Shown here: in pieces, positions 40,379-51,435 of the stretch | Numbering within the stretch: position 1 is the stretch's first letter | How the letters are laid out: the number at the start of each line of letters is the position of its first letter | Virus record (IMG/VR): IMGVR_UViG_3300025141_013938 | Strand: one strand, 5' to 3' | Source of the DNA: an uncultured virus (IMG/VR IMGVR_UViG_3300025141_013938) | Lineage: Duplodnaviria; Heunggongvirae; Uroviricota; Caudoviricetes | DNA: 64,000 bases | Program-made: the position numbers and the translations under genes | Notes under the pieces: model-generated | Told to the model about the DNA's origin: nothing | The model's database searches: none | Seen by the model: the letters and a program-made list of their open reading frames with translations, nothing else

Positions 40379-41191
40379 ATGTCGAGTCGCCCTGAAGTTA
40401 CAGTTCGTGATATTATGAAAGAGGATTTTGGCTGGGAAATTCCAGTTGAGTCAGTTCCTGTTCCGTCAGAGGGGAAGGTATATCCTGCAAATAGCCCGCT
40501 GTTTAGAAGGCAGACTCTAGACATCAGGGCAATGACAGCAAGAGAGGAGGATATTCTTGCGTCAAGACCTCTAATACAAAATGGAACTGTTATCACTCAT
40601 CTTCTTCAGTCATGCCTGATTGACAAGACCGTTGACGTGAGAGACCTGCTGCTCGGAGATAGAAACGCTCTGATGGTCTCTGTGAGGGTAACTGGATACG
40701 GAACTAGATACGGAGCAGAGGTAAGCTGTCCAGAGTGTGCAAATAGAAGCACGCAGAGTTTTAATCTTGCAGAGCTAGAAATTAGACGCCTAGAGATAGA
40801 GCCTGTGAGTCCTGGTGAGAACTTATTCTCATACACACTTCCTGTCACAAAAAAGGTCGTACACTTCAGGTTTCTGACAGGCAGGGACGAAGAGGAGCGT
40901 GCTCTGGTCGCAGAGAGAAAGAAGAAGCTTATTCCTGATCTTGAGGTAGAGAATGCTGTGACAGCTAGGCTCGAGCAGTTCATCGTGTCTGTGGATGGTA
41001 TCACAGACCAGAATAAGATCAACGCATTCATAAGTGGAATGCCAGCACAGGACTCTAGAAAGATCAGGCAGTATATGCTAGAGAGTGAACCCGGGATAAA
41101 TATGGAGGGCTGGATGAAGTGTCCAGGCTGCGGAGAATCATCTCAGGTACCTCTTCCGATAGGAATCAATTTTTTTTGGCCCAGCTCGTAG
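40379..41191 (+). CDS. Baseplate hub/tail assembly chaperone (gp26-like)
   Basis: VPSEGKVYP, IRAMTAREEDIL, LLLGDRNAL, two CxxC, LPVTKK.V.FRFLTG, ends INFFWPSS. Confidence 0.8.
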   Translation: MSSRPEVTVRDIMKEDFGWEIPVESVPVPSEGKVYPANSPLFRRQTLDIRAMTAREEDILASRPLIQNGTVITHLLQSCLIDKTVDVRDLLLGDRNALMVSVRVTGYGTRYGAEVSCPECANRSTQSFNLAELEIRRLEIEPVSPGENLFSYTLPVTKKVVHFRFLTGRDEEERALVAERKKKLIPDLEVENAVTARLEQFIVSVDGITDQNKINAFISGMPAQDSRKIRQYMLESEPGINMEGWMKCPGCGESSQVPLPIGINFFWPSS

Positions 41192-41453
41192 TCTAAGAGA
41201 GCAATTTCTTGAGGAGGCATTCCTCCTCCTCTTTCATCTCAAGATCGACTATAGTGATATCTCGTCTATGCCTGTCGCATATAGGAAGTGGTTTATACAG
41301 AGGATCGCTGATGAGTACTCTGACCAAGCTGACGCACGGAAGCGTCAGTCAGACAACACGTCAAGAAGGAATGTGAGAGATCTTCCTATGGGAGAGATGG
41401 GCCTTGAGGCAGCATCATCACCACCGAAAGATGGGCCAAAGAGCTTTAAGTGA
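41172..41453 (+). CDS. Second tail-chaperone segment, probably reached by frameshift
   Basis: The +1 frame is open from the T8 run: FFGPARSLREQFLEEAFLLLFHLKIDYSDISSMPVAYRKWFIQRIADEY. The ATG at 41268 lacks an adjacent SD. Confidence 0.65.
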   Translation, partial: FFGPARSLREQFLEEAFLLLFHLKIDYSDISSMPVAYRKWFIQRIADEYSDQADARKRQSDNTSRRNVRDLPMGEMGLEAASSPPKDGPKSFK

Positions 41454-41493
41454 TTCTCTGTAGCGTAATACATATTAGACAGAGGGATATCTG

Positions 41494-43935
41494 ATGGTAG
41501 ACGAAACAAGATCTCGCATGACCAGGTCCGAGGCAGAGGTCTGGCGTGAGGCAGCAAATCAGGCCGAACGCGGTGAGGTAGCAACAGCCGGCTGGCGGGC
41601 TAACGTCCGAGGTGCGAATCAGGAGGCATCTGACTTCATCACACTTGGTCGCCAGCTCCAGCAGGTAGGACAGGGAGTCCAGAACACGTGGGATCAATTT
41701 GGCGCGACTATCGCTAGCCAGATTCCTTCGAAGATGCGTGAAGCATATGACAAGATCCAGTACCAATTCGGTGGGCTGGGTGACGACATCCTATCACCTA
41801 CAAATAACATGGCCAGGGTCATGCAGTCGACGACAAGAGATGTCTACAGTGAGATGAATAGGACCTCAGAGATGTATGAGATACATCAGATGAGTCTGAA
41901 AGCTGTGTTTAAGGATGTCGGCGAGGCCATGGAATACTTCAATGAGATGGCTGAGGAGCAGGCAGGTAATTACGCTCTGCTGAGCTCAGCTAATGCAAAT
42001 CTTGCAATAGAGATGCAACTCTTTGGAGAGGGCATAGGCCTAGAGTCGAAGCAGACAGGCGACTTCATAAGGAGACAGATAAGCCTGACAGGCGAGGCTG
42101 GCACAGATATGCTGAGGGAGGCTGTCGTATATGCTAATAAGGTAGCTGACTACACAGGTGACTCAGCTAAGCTCATCGCACAGAACATGTCAGCGATGAT
42201 AAGTGACACCGAGAACTTTGGAAATGTCACAGTTGTCGAGTCAGCTCGAATAAGCTCTGAGTTGCGCCAGATAGGCATCGCATACGGTGACCTATCAGGA
42301 ATGGTGGGTCAGTTCCGAGGATTCGAGCAGGCATCTCAGTCCGTATCAGCTCTCACGACTGTATTCGGAGTTCAGCTTGACGCCATGGAGCTGATGAGGC
42401 TAGCAAATGAGGACCAAGGGGGATTCCTGCGACGGATAAGGCAGGACTTCCTCCAGACAGGAAAGTCAGTTGACCAGCTCAGTCTCGCTGAGAAGCGTCT
42501 CATAAAGGAGCAGCTGAACCTCAAGGACGTCGCTTCCGTTGAACGACTACTAGATCCTAGGACAGCTATCACATCATTCGAGGAGCTCTCGATGGCAACT
42601 TCAGGCGTTGCCACGGATACGGGAGCTGCCATGGATGAGATACAGGATGACATCCAGGTGATGAGCAATGCTGCTGAGATGCGTGCTGATGCAATGAGAG
42701 ATCACATGCAGGAGGCATTCAGGGAGGGTGTCATAGACTCGACATTCCAAGCGGAGCAGCAATTTATCAGGTTCGGACACCAGGCGGTGGAGGCACTGAC
42801 AGACTCGACAGAGAAGTCTGACGCGCTCACAATTGCGATGGAGGACCTGGCTCAGGGCCCGCTATCTATGGAGACAGCAGGTGGCCTGATGGACTGGATC
42901 AACACGCTCAACACAGACGTAAGAACTGCGGGTGCGAAGGTCTACGAAACGACAACTGCCATCGTCAACGGCGTAGAGGTAGAGTGGACAAGATTCTCTG
43001 GCGCTCCCTGGATGGCGATCGTCGAGAGGATGACAGAGGGCCTGACAACTGGATTCTCTAACGCATTCGGAGAGATCGAGAATGACTATCTCAAAATTTC
43101 TACGAGGCCCCCACGCGGCTGGGAAAGGCGCAGCATGTCTCCCGCGGGAAGGGAGGTCTTTGAGGGCTTCAAGCTCGCGTTTGACGCTCTTCCACCTGCT
43201 CTGCAGGAGAGCTTCGGCGAGATGGAGAACATCAACGCAGAGTCAATGAATGTCATGCTAGGTCAGAGTGATAGTGCTCTGACGAGGATGGTCCAGGATG
43301 TGGCCAGGACATATGAGCAGACATATGATGAGCTCAATGAGGATGACAAGATAGCCCTACGGCAGAGGCTACACCTAGGCGAGGACTACGAGGCACAGAT
43401 ACGGTCACTCATGTCGAGCTCAGCTTGGACACAAGGAAAGGACATGCAGGCACTAGAGGATAGCGCTGGGTCTTTTCTAGCTGACATGAAGATGATGAAA
43501 GAGACGTTTAACTCTGCAGACCTCAGGAGGATCCAGGAGCAATTCGGTCTAGACCCAGAGCTAGTTCAAGAGTACATGGGAGCAGAAAGTACTGCATCCC
43601 TCGCTGACATCGCAGGAGAGAGGCTACGAGCAGCGTCACGAGCAAGGGTCGTAGGTGAGGATGAAGAAGCTGCTGAGGAAGAGTCAGAGGATGGAACTCC
43701 CGCACGTCACCGCGGCCGAGCACCGAGACATGCCGGCGGTCCAACATCTAGTTCTAGAAGTCTAGATGAGCTCAAAGAAGTCCTCGAGAAAGTCGAAACT
43801 AACACTGACCCTGACAATAATAGCGTGCAGGTAATAGTCAATCTTGACAGTGTAGCCCTGATAGACCAGATAGTCAGAGGAACTGGGACCGGCGGCGTAC
43901 AGGTCAGTCACTCAACACCTGGGTCCACGGTGTGA
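41494..43935 (+). CDS. Tape measure protein (putative)
   Basis: 813-aa helical Ala/Glu/Met-rich ORF directly after tube and chaperones. Confidence 0.7.
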   Translation: MVDETRSRMTRSEAEVWREAANQAERGEVATAGWRANVRGANQEASDFITLGRQLQQVGQGVQNTWDQFGATIASQIPSKMREAYDKIQYQFGGLGDDILSPTNNMARVMQSTTRDVYSEMNRTSEMYEIHQMSLKAVFKDVGEAMEYFNEMAEEQAGNYALLSSANANLAIEMQLFGEGIGLESKQTGDFIRRQISLTGEAGTDMLREAVVYANKVADYTGDSAKLIAQNMSAMISDTENFGNVTVVESARISSELRQIGIAYGDLSGMVGQFRGFEQASQSVSALTTVFGVQLDAMELMRLANEDQGGFLRRIRQDFLQTGKSVDQLSLAEKRLIKEQLNLKDVASVERLLDPRTAITSFEELSMATSGVATDTGAAMDEIQDDIQVMSNAAEMRADAMRDHMQEAFREGVIDSTFQAEQQFIRFGHQAVEALTDSTEKSDALTIAMEDLAQGPLSMETAGGLMDWINTLNTDVRTAGAKVYETTTAIVNGVEVEWTRFSGAPWMAIVERMTEGLTTGFSNAFGEIENDYLKISTRPPRGWERRSMSPAGREVFEGFKLAFDALPPALQESFGEMENINAESMNVMLGQSDSALTRMVQDVARTYEQTYDELNEDDKIALRQRLHLGEDYEAQIRSLMSSSAWTQGKDMQALEDSAGSFLADMKMMKETFNSADLRRIQEQFGLDPELVQEYMGAESTASLADIAGERLRAASRARVVGEDEEAAEEESEDGTPARHRGRAPRHAGGPTSSSRSLDELKEVLEKVETNTDPDNNSVQVIVNLDSVALIDQIVRGTGTGGVQVSHSTPGSTV

Positions 43936-43936
43936 T

Positions 43937-44176
43937 ATGGACTTCATGAAGGACGTCAGGGAGAGCGAGCTATATAAGAATAGCATACGTGGGCTATCTG
44001 AGGAGGAGATAAAGCAGGTCGAGAGAGAGCTCGAGGCACTAACAGGGCCGCTGAGTGAGCTAGCTAATCACATACAGTCACTCGCAGCAGATGACAAGGG
44101 ATTCTTTGAGATGATAGATGCGATAGCTGAGGTGACAACTGCTAAGGAGGTCAAGAAATGGCACGAGAAAAGCTAA
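43937..44176 (+). CDS. Small hypothetical protein
   Basis: Tightly packed ORF overlapping the next gene. Confidence 0.55.
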   Translation: MDFMKDVRESELYKNSIRGLSEEEIKQVERELEALTGPLSELANHIQSLAADDKGFFEMIDAIAEVTTAKEVKKWHEKS

Positions 44177-47100
44177 AAGACTTCTTGGCTGCAGCCGGTG
44201 TGCACCTAGACGGTGGGATATCAACAGAGAATCGGATAGCATACACGATCGATGATCCGAGTGGTGATGGAGTCGGAGCTGACCTAGGAATAGATCCAGG
44301 AACACAGCGGGAACTACTAGGCCTCCACGAGGGAGGAGTGAGTGAGGGACTACTGGGAGAGTGGCTACAGCTTATCGTAGACGAGTCAGGCAACCTATTC
44401 ACTCTAGAGCCAGGGATAGAGCAGGCTGCGTCGTCTGACAGAGGTAATGTCCTTCCTGCGGCAGAGGAACAGGGTGTCGTCCGTCCGTTCGTCACGACGT
44501 CAGAGTCAGATAGCCTAAACCGTGACCTGGGACCTGTCATGACCTCTTACTCTAACTCTGGAATGTTCGACAGCGGTGAGAATGACCTGTCTGACATAAT
44601 CGATAAGACAGGCCATAATGATCCAAGAATTCAGGATGACCCAAGTGCACAGACACCTCACCACTCTGGACACACGATGCTGTCAAGCATAGTTGGAGAG
44701 GACATGGGAAACCAGGGCTTCGCTGATAGCGGATATCTCCCAGAGTCAATCCTCCAGGAGCAGGTCGAGTCAGACCTCGTCAGGAATAGTAGATTCAACC
44801 CAGCATCTGACGGAAGGAAGAAAATATACTCAAAATATCCAACTACAGTAAGTGCTCTAGAGATGGGAGAATCTATTCAGGGAACAACAACATCTCAGAA
44901 TCTATTTGGTGACTATGACAAGGAGGCTGTCGAGATGATAAGTGACGAGCTCAAAAATGTTGCGGAGTCACTTATGATAAAGGCAGCCGGCTGGGATAAG
45001 TCAACCTCTCCATCAGGCGATGACGGAAGTGTAGATCCAAATGATCCTGTGTATCTTGATAACACAGCTAACAGGGAGTCAACTGACTATACTAATCGGT
45101 TGATTGACCCAGCGGTCCTGCGTGCTAAAAATGCATTCGGTGCACCGAGTGGGGAGTCTGGAGAGTCGACACGTGCTGCGAGAGGGGACCTTCTCATACA
45201 TAATGACTTGAGTCAGACAAGATACACGAGATCTCACGGAACGATAAACACACCCGACACACCGTTCACGAGCTCGACGTCACATCACGTCCTTGTGTCA
45301 CAGGCTGCGGGCGCCATAGTTGCCATGATGGCATTCTCAAAGGTCGTCTTTGACTCAGTTCTCATCGGTGGCCTCAGCAACAGGGTTGACCTGCTAAATG
45401 GTCCTTATTTCCAGGGACAGGCGAGGGTCATACCTCATCTATCAAAGATGCAGCTATTTAGGCGTGTCATTCTCACAAGCACCGACTATCCATATGAGAC
45501 ATGTGTGAACCTAGGATTTGACCTGCTATTTAACATAAACTTCTCATCATTTGAGGCCTCATCAGCAAATACCGCAACAGCTATGAGCTCACTCAGTGAA
45601 ACTGTAGATAATTCACCAATGCTTGGAGAGTCATCAGGCTTCTGGCTATCTGTTGCAAGAAAGATACTGAGATCTTACTCAGACATCTCTGTGACGACAA
45701 ACCAGATAGTAAATAGTGAGGGACTAAGAAACACGACGAGCTCATTCAGTAATATTCTCTTTGAGATCTCAAAGTCAGGCATAATAGACATATTAAATGT
45801 CATGGCAGTAACGGGTGACGTCGCCCTAAAGGCATCAGGTGGATCTGTTGAGGAGGCAAAGACACCAGGATCATCAGTTAGTCCATTTAATGTAGATGCA
45901 TTACCTGACGGCCCAGCCACCAGGATCTCTAAGAGCAGGAGTCAGGATGGCAATACAAACCTAGCCCTAGCGTGGAGGGGAAACTCAGTTCCAAGCATGT
46001 ACATGATATCACAGAATATCATTAACGCGTCTATCCAGCTCAACACAGTTGCCACAGGCCAGAATCCCCTCAAGGGACTGGTTGGGTCTAGCCTCATTAA
46101 AGACACTTACATAGATCCTGCCATGGAGGGGCAGAACGCAAGAATTCCAAGTGACGTCGTAGAGAGAATGGAAAACTTTCTAGATGCAGAGTATGTCCCA
46201 TTTTACTTCCATGACCTACGAACAAATGAGATCGTCTCCTTCCACGCGTTTATCACACAACTCGGTGACTCGTATAACCCGAGGTTCACGTCAACTGCAG
46301 GATACGGTCGAATGGACCCTGTTCAGACATTCAAGAGCACGACACGTAGCATATCACTCTCATTCATCATAGCGTCTACATCTAAGACAGACTTTGATGA
46401 GATGTGGTGGAAGATAAATAAGCTGACTACGATGATATATCCGCAGTGGACACAGGGCGATAAGCTAGCAAGTGCACGTGCACTCGGAAAATCCACATTT
46501 ATCCAGCCATTCAGCCAGGTCCTCGGAGGATCCCCGATCATCAGACTGAGGGTCGGTGACGTGATAAAGGGAAATTATTCAAGATTTAACCTTGCAAGGC
46601 TATTTGGAATAGGAGACACAGGAATTAAGCCTAGCCTCGTCGATGAGGCTGTTGCGCAGAAGACCCTAGCTACAGTACCAGATGCGATGGCTAAGGCTGG
46701 CATGCACCCGGTCCACAGGGAGGTCTTTAATGTGATGTTTGCATCTCCAATGGCACTCATAGCTAAAATTCCTCAGGCTGATGTGGCACGAGCTGTTGGC
46801 TCTGTTGTGTCACAGCTTCTAGAGAATGGATTTGCAAATCCCGCTGCTATGTTCTTTATAAACAGGCAGTTCAAGGATCCCGACTCAGTCTCACAGCCAT
46901 CGGTGCCCTCTGTCACACTGAAGGGGGGCATAGAGTATGCTATGTCTATGCTAGACACAGAGGCAGGCCCACAATTACGTGGATACTTTCCGCTCAACGT
47001 CGTGTATCTCAGGGCAACAGCTGGGTATGACGTGAATTTTACAGCGAAGTCTGGAGACTCACTTGGAAAGTGGAAGATAAATAGGCCGCTGAAGGTCATC

Positions 47101-47829
47101 ATCGTGAAGCCATCACAGATAGACGGACAGAAACAGATGCTGCAGTCTGAGAGAGACGGACACACCGCCCCATTCAAGGGCCCTCGTAATAAGGGAACTC
47201 CTCTGAGGCAGACTAAGTACCAGGTGATGGTGATCGACGTAAATGCACCAGCTAAGTTATTCATGAAGTTCACTGATGTCACACACTCCATGCTATTGCC
47301 AAATCCCTCAGGGATATTTAACATGTATGTTCTGCCGTTTCTAAGCATTGGACAGGCAGGATCAGGACACCTTCAGGAGGCAGCTAACACGCTAGCGTCT
47401 ATAGCTGGAATTCCAGCTGATATCGTATCTGATAATCTCTTTGCAACAACACAGGCCCAGTTCATGCAGGCTAAGAATAATCCGATCACAAAGGCCTTTG
47501 AGTCCTCTAGGGGTCGAGGACTAGCAGGAGCAATAACGAGACTATCATTTGACTGGATGGACTATAACTGGGAGATAGATCATAACTCTCGGGCACCTAT
47601 GGCGGTCAAAGTCGACATGAGTCTTGACGTGATCCACGACATCCCACCAGGACTTGATCACTCCGGATTCAATAGGGCACCAATCTATAATGTCGGAGAG
47701 GTGATGCGGAATGTCGCGGGTGATCCGTATAATGATAGTGGCCGTGCCTCACTAGATGCATATACTAATGCAGGAAGGATCGCGACAGTCAAGAAGAGCT
47801 CAGGAACTGATACACCGGAGGAGGGGTGA
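44158..47829 (+). CDS. Large baseplate/tube-initiator-like protein
   Basis: FYFHDLRTNEIVSFHAFITQLGDSY...GYGRMDPVQTFKSTTRSISLSF...PIIRLRVGD...GAITRLSFDW...APMAVKVDMSLDVIHD resembles the gp48/gp54/gpU tube-like fold, with large insertions. Confidence 0.6.
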   Translation: MAREKLKDFLAAAGVHLDGGISTENRIAYTIDDPSGDGVGADLGIDPGTQRELLGLHEGGVSEGLLGEWLQLIVDESGNLFTLEPGIEQAASSDRGNVLPAAEEQGVVRPFVTTSESDSLNRDLGPVMTSYSNSGMFDSGENDLSDIIDKTGHNDPRIQDDPSAQTPHHSGHTMLSSIVGEDMGNQGFADSGYLPESILQEQVESDLVRNSRFNPASDGRKKIYSKYPTTVSALEMGESIQGTTTSQNLFGDYDKEAVEMISDELKNVAESLMIKAAGWDKSTSPSGDDGSVDPNDPVYLDNTANRESTDYTNRLIDPAVLRAKNAFGAPSGESGESTRAARGDLLIHNDLSQTRYTRSHGTINTPDTPFTSSTSHHVLVSQAAGAIVAMMAFSKVVFDSVLIGGLSNRVDLLNGPYFQGQARVIPHLSKMQLFRRVILTSTDYPYETCVNLGFDLLFNINFSSFEASSANTATAMSSLSETVDNSPMLGESSGFWLSVARKILRSYSDISVTTNQIVNSEGLRNTTSSFSNILFEISKSGIIDILNVMAVTGDVALKASGGSVEEAKTPGSSVSPFNVDALPDGPATRISKSRSQDGNTNLALAWRGNSVPSMYMISQNIINASIQLNTVATGQNPLKGLVGSSLIKDTYIDPAMEGQNARIPSDVVERMENFLDAEYVPFYFHDLRTNEIVSFHAFITQLGDSYNPRFTSTAGYGRMDPVQTFKSTTRSISLSFIIASTSKTDFDEMWWKINKLTTMIYPQWTQGDKLASARALGKSTFIQPFSQVLGGSPIIRLRVGDVIKGNYSRFNLARLFGIGDTGIKPSLVDEAVAQKTLATVPDAMAKAGMHPVHREVFNVMFASPMALIAKIPQADVARAVGSVVSQLLENGFANPAAMFFINRQFKDPDSVSQPSVPSVTLKGGIEYAMSMLDTEAGPQLRGYFPLNVVYLRATAGYDVNFTAKSGDSLGKWKINRPLKVIIVKPSQIDGQKQMLQSERDGHTAPFKGPRNKGTPLRQTKYQVMVIDVNAPAKLFMKFTDVTHSMLLPNPSGIFNMYVLPFLSIGQAGSGHLQEAANTLASIAGIPADIVSDNLFATTQAQFMQAKNNPITKAFESSRGRGLAGAITRLSFDWMDYNWEIDHNSRAPMAVKVDMSLDVIHDIPPGLDHSGFNRAPIYNVGEVMRNVAGDPYNDSGRASLDAYTNAGRIATVKKSSGTDTPEEG

Positions 47830-47835
47830 TAGATA

Positions 47836-48132
47836 ATGTCATTTAGCAGGTACACATTCACACCACAGATACTAGGCAGGAGGATCCTAGGAACTCCAAG
47901 CCTGTCAGGTAAGATACACAGGGCATGTGACACTGGACAGATATCCTATAGGTCTATCACACTCACAGAGGGTGTGAGGCTTGATCACCTATCTGGAAGA
48001 GCATACGGAACCGCTTCACTCTGGTGGGTAATAGCTGCAGCATCAGGAATAGGCTGGTGCCTCCAGGTGCCAGCAGGAACTCTCATCAGGATTCCAACTA
48101 ATCCAGGCATGATCATGTCAATGATGAGGTGA
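47836..48132 (+). CDS. LysM/gpX/gp53-like baseplate protein
   Basis: EGVRLDHLSGRAYG...LWWVIAAASGI...VPAGTLIRIP. Confidence 0.78.
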   Translation: MSFSRYTFTPQILGRRILGTPSLSGKIHRACDTGQISYRSITLTEGVRLDHLSGRAYGTASLWWVIAAASGIGWCLQVPAGTLIRIPTNPGMIMSMMR

Positions 48133-48133
48133 C

Positions 48134-51100
48134 ATGAACGGTCTTAGTAATACTCAGTCTAATTCAGTTAACAGACTATCTGCAGCTATCAGGCTATTAA
48201 ATCAGTACTATGCAGCTCTCGGCAGGGGTGACATACTTGAAATCATTAATAAGGCAGCACTGGGATCTGGGCAAGACATAGATGCTCTCATTGCTGCTGA
48301 CCTCGGTGCTTCACTCGCAGCAGCGGGGCAGGGAGTTAACGCAGAGATCATTGATAACCTTCTCTATATGCTACTCGACACGTCAGAGGGAGCGTACTTC
48401 ACGAAAGATCTCTTGTCTGTGACTCGCCTGCTTGAAAAGTTTAAGGTAAATGAGGGCGGTAATCAGTATGCCGGTGTCGATGATTTCGTCCAGTGTGTCT
48501 ATGAGCCAGGACTATGGACAGAGCTAGATAGCTTAAAGCCACTAGTTAAGACAGCTGCTTATAATCCTCTTGAGTGCGCAGACCCTGATGAACCCGCCGG
48601 GGAGATGATCCTAGATAGAGCAGAAGACAAAGCAGAGATACACAAGATGATCAGGTCTATCGCAGAGGATTATGCCTCTGGTGATGGGGAGGAGGGTAAA
48701 TTTGCAGAAGACAGATCAGGGAGATTCGTCAACAGCGCACCCAAGGATCCTAACAGGTTTATGTCCCCATCACTCTCAGCGTGGTTATTTCCAAACCTCA
48801 GGATTGGTCCGCCCACAAGGAATACAGCTGCAGTCGGCTTATTTGCAAATGCAATTCCAACAGTTGAGATGTCACTCAGCGTTCCTTATATCAACATGTT
48901 CTTTGTCGCCGCAGTCCCTCCATTGCTCGGAGAGAGGACAAAGCAGCTATCACTATTGAGATTCCTTGGGATGAATGGCAATGACGGCAGTCTTCCGGGA
49001 CCCGGGCATGATAAGATCGGAATGAGGTCTGCACTCAGGGTCGCAGCTGTGGGTGGCATGCCCGGACAGATAATCACAGACGCGACAGTCGATGCATCGA
49101 GCCAGAGTGGATTCGATCAGTGGGGAGAGTCTGTATCAACAGCAGGAATGGAGCTATTCACGTCTCCACAGACTCTAGTTAATGCTGACATAAACAGCAC
49201 TGGGAAGGGCGAAGATGGCGGCATATTTCAAAACTTCTCAGGAATGTCTGGAGGTGTGCTAGATCCCATGCAGCCTCTTCTCACACTAGACACAATCAGC
49301 ATCAGCGTGAGAGGACTAGGTCAGGCACTGCTAGCTAATAGGAATGCAACAATAAGCTTCACTCTACATGATCGGTCGAGGATGTCAGACATAGCACCGC
49401 TGATATCAGCTGACTTATTCGGCACGACATATATCATGCTAGAATACGGATGGATGCATCCAAATGACTCGATGTGGTCCACACCTCTCGGCAAGCGTGG
49501 TGCTAGTGAGAGCTCTAATGTATACGGAACTCTGATCAATTCGATGAGGACACGAGGCATCTTTAACATCATGTCATCTAACTTTACAATTGGAAATGAC
49601 GGTCAGGTTAAGGTGAGGATGGAGCTAGCATCTCGAGGCGGCGCAGATGCTAGGTCACTTCCGATAGCTATTGGTAACGTCGTTCCAGCAGCACCTCTCA
49701 AGAGCATGATCACGACTCACCTAGCAAGGCTATTTGACTCATATAACGGGAATGATGACGCATCTAGAGAGATAAGACAGAGAATAAGTGTGTCACTTGA
49801 CGCAGCTAACTCAAATAGCTCAGTTATCCCTAGAAGTCTGTGGACAGAGTATCTCGCCTTGCTAAATTCTGGCAAGCAGGGAGTGCCGGCTGTGGATGAT
49901 CTATACTCTATCATTAAGCTTCTCGTCGGCGACCCAACAGACCCAAATGACATAGGCCTAGTTGCAAAAAGCAATCAAACACTTATGAAAGAGCTCAGGG
50001 CACGTTCTCTAGCACTAGTTGCCCAGCCTGACGCCTTTCGTAGCACATTACCTCCTCCCTTCCTTGAGGCCGTCATGGCTGCAATCTTAGCTGAAGAAGC
50101 ACACGGCGGAGGAATGATTTCACTAGGGATGATCTTTCTAGCATTTGTAGGAAGGCCTCTTGCAGCGTCAGGAAGATATGATGAGGTGCAGATGATGTTC
50201 TATAGATTTAATGCTAGAGCAGGAGAGGCACGCAATTATGACACCATCGCTAACTTCCTAGTTGACTATGCACACTTTCACATGAAGCTAATGGAGTATG
50301 CGGAGTCTTTTCCGGGAATGTCAGTTGAGGGTTTCATTAACATGATCAATGGTGAGTTTGTCAATGATCCGACAGATCTAAACTATGGATTTGAGATGGC
50401 AACCCTGTATAGTAAGCTCAGCGACCTAGAAAAGCGGGACATGGAAGGAGCAACTGAGGCAGAGCAGCGTGAGCACCAGTCCCAGGTACACAGTGTGAGT
50501 AATAAGATCAGCGATGCTCTCATTAGGATGTACAGAGAGGGAGGAGAGCCTGTATTTATCATCCCACGTGTCGTGGCATACTTCGAGACACTTCCAGCAT
50601 ACTCAGTTCAGGACGACGATACATTCGTCTTAGACCCTGATAAGTCTATACTCAGGATCCACATATTTGACTCAAATTCAACACCTCACGATGACCAGAG
50701 ATTCATATTAGCTGCCATGAATGACGCCGATATGGCCATAAAGATAAAGGGATCAACATCTGCAGCCGGCCCCAGCTACCGGCACCTGTATGAAGGCGTC
50801 CGGCCTAACGGCTGTGACACGTCGGTCAGTGACTGCCTAGAGAACAGAAATTCACTAAGGCAATCTACAGACTCTGCTGACAACAGGACAGAGTATATGG
50901 TATACACTGCTAACATATCTAACGCAGAGATAAAGGACATACTCAAGAGCTCTGTTCCCAGTATGACATTTGGGTCACAGTTCAGCGCGATGCAGTCTGT
51001 ATCTCTCAGCTCTAACACCTCAGGTGCTGTTAATAACGTGCTACTACTGAATGCAATATCACAAAGAAATCAGGTGCAGCCTGGCGCAAGTAATGATCTC

Positions 51101-51412
51101 GAGGAGGTGAAGGTGATACCAGCATCAGCTAGGATCACTCTCCTCGGCTGCCCACTAGTTGAGTACGGGCAGCAATTTTTTATTGACATGGGCACAGGCA
51201 CCACAGCAGATAACCTATACAGGGTCACAGGAATAACACATACGATAAGCGCAGGTAGGTTTGAGACATCACTTGACATGACATTTGTGTCAAATGGAAC
51301 GATGAATACATTCAGGGGTGTCCTCGCATCAGCACTCCCACGCCTCGGGGAGATATGTAGTGCAGGTGCGGGAGATGCCTGGGGGCACATCTCCACCGCT
51401 AACATCGGATAG
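48134..51412 (+). CDS. Baseplate hub protein (gp27/gpD-like, enlarged)
   Basis: IMLEYGW and C-terminal ITLLGCPLVEYGQQFFID...LYRVTGITHTISAGRFETSL; follows the LysM-like gene. Confidence 0.62.
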   Translation: MNGLSNTQSNSVNRLSAAIRLLNQYYAALGRGDILEIINKAALGSGQDIDALIAADLGASLAAAGQGVNAEIIDNLLYMLLDTSEGAYFTKDLLSVTRLLEKFKVNEGGNQYAGVDDFVQCVYEPGLWTELDSLKPLVKTAAYNPLECADPDEPAGEMILDRAEDKAEIHKMIRSIAEDYASGDGEEGKFAEDRSGRFVNSAPKDPNRFMSPSLSAWLFPNLRIGPPTRNTAAVGLFANAIPTVEMSLSVPYINMFFVAAVPPLLGERTKQLSLLRFLGMNGNDGSLPGPGHDKIGMRSALRVAAVGGMPGQIITDATVDASSQSGFDQWGESVSTAGMELFTSPQTLVNADINSTGKGEDGGIFQNFSGMSGGVLDPMQPLLTLDTISISVRGLGQALLANRNATISFTLHDRSRMSDIAPLISADLFGTTYIMLEYGWMHPNDSMWSTPLGKRGASESSNVYGTLINSMRTRGIFNIMSSNFTIGNDGQVKVRMELASRGGADARSLPIAIGNVVPAAPLKSMITTHLARLFDSYNGNDDASREIRQRISVSLDAANSNSSVIPRSLWTEYLALLNSGKQGVPAVDDLYSIIKLLVGDPTDPNDIGLVAKSNQTLMKELRARSLALVAQPDAFRSTLPPPFLEAVMAAILAEEAHGGGMISLGMIFLAFVGRPLAASGRYDEVQMMFYRFNARAGEARNYDTIANFLVDYAHFHMKLMEYAESFPGMSVEGFINMINGEFVNDPTDLNYGFEMATLYSKLSDLEKRDMEGATEAEQREHQSQVHSVSNKISDALIRMYREGGEPVFIIPRVVAYFETLPAYSVQDDDTFVLDPDKSILRIHIFDSNSTPHDDQRFILAAMNDADMAIKIKGSTSAAGPSYRHLYEGVRPNGCDTSVSDCLENRNSLRQSTDSADNRTEYMVYTANISNAEIKDILKSSVPSMTFGSQFSAMQSVSLSSNTSGAVNNVLLLNAISQRNQVQPGASNDLEEVKVIPASARITLLGCPLVEYGQQFFIDMGTGTTADNLYRVTGITHTISAGRFETSLDMTFVSNGTMNTFRGVLASALPRLGEICSAGAGDAWGHISTANIG

Positions 51413-51435
51413 CCCACAGCTAAAAATTCAATACA

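Noticed and set aside
33470..51412. Extracellular contractile injection system or tailocin interpretation
   Set aside because: Terminase, portal, protease, capsid, neck and replication genes are linked, so this is a phage.
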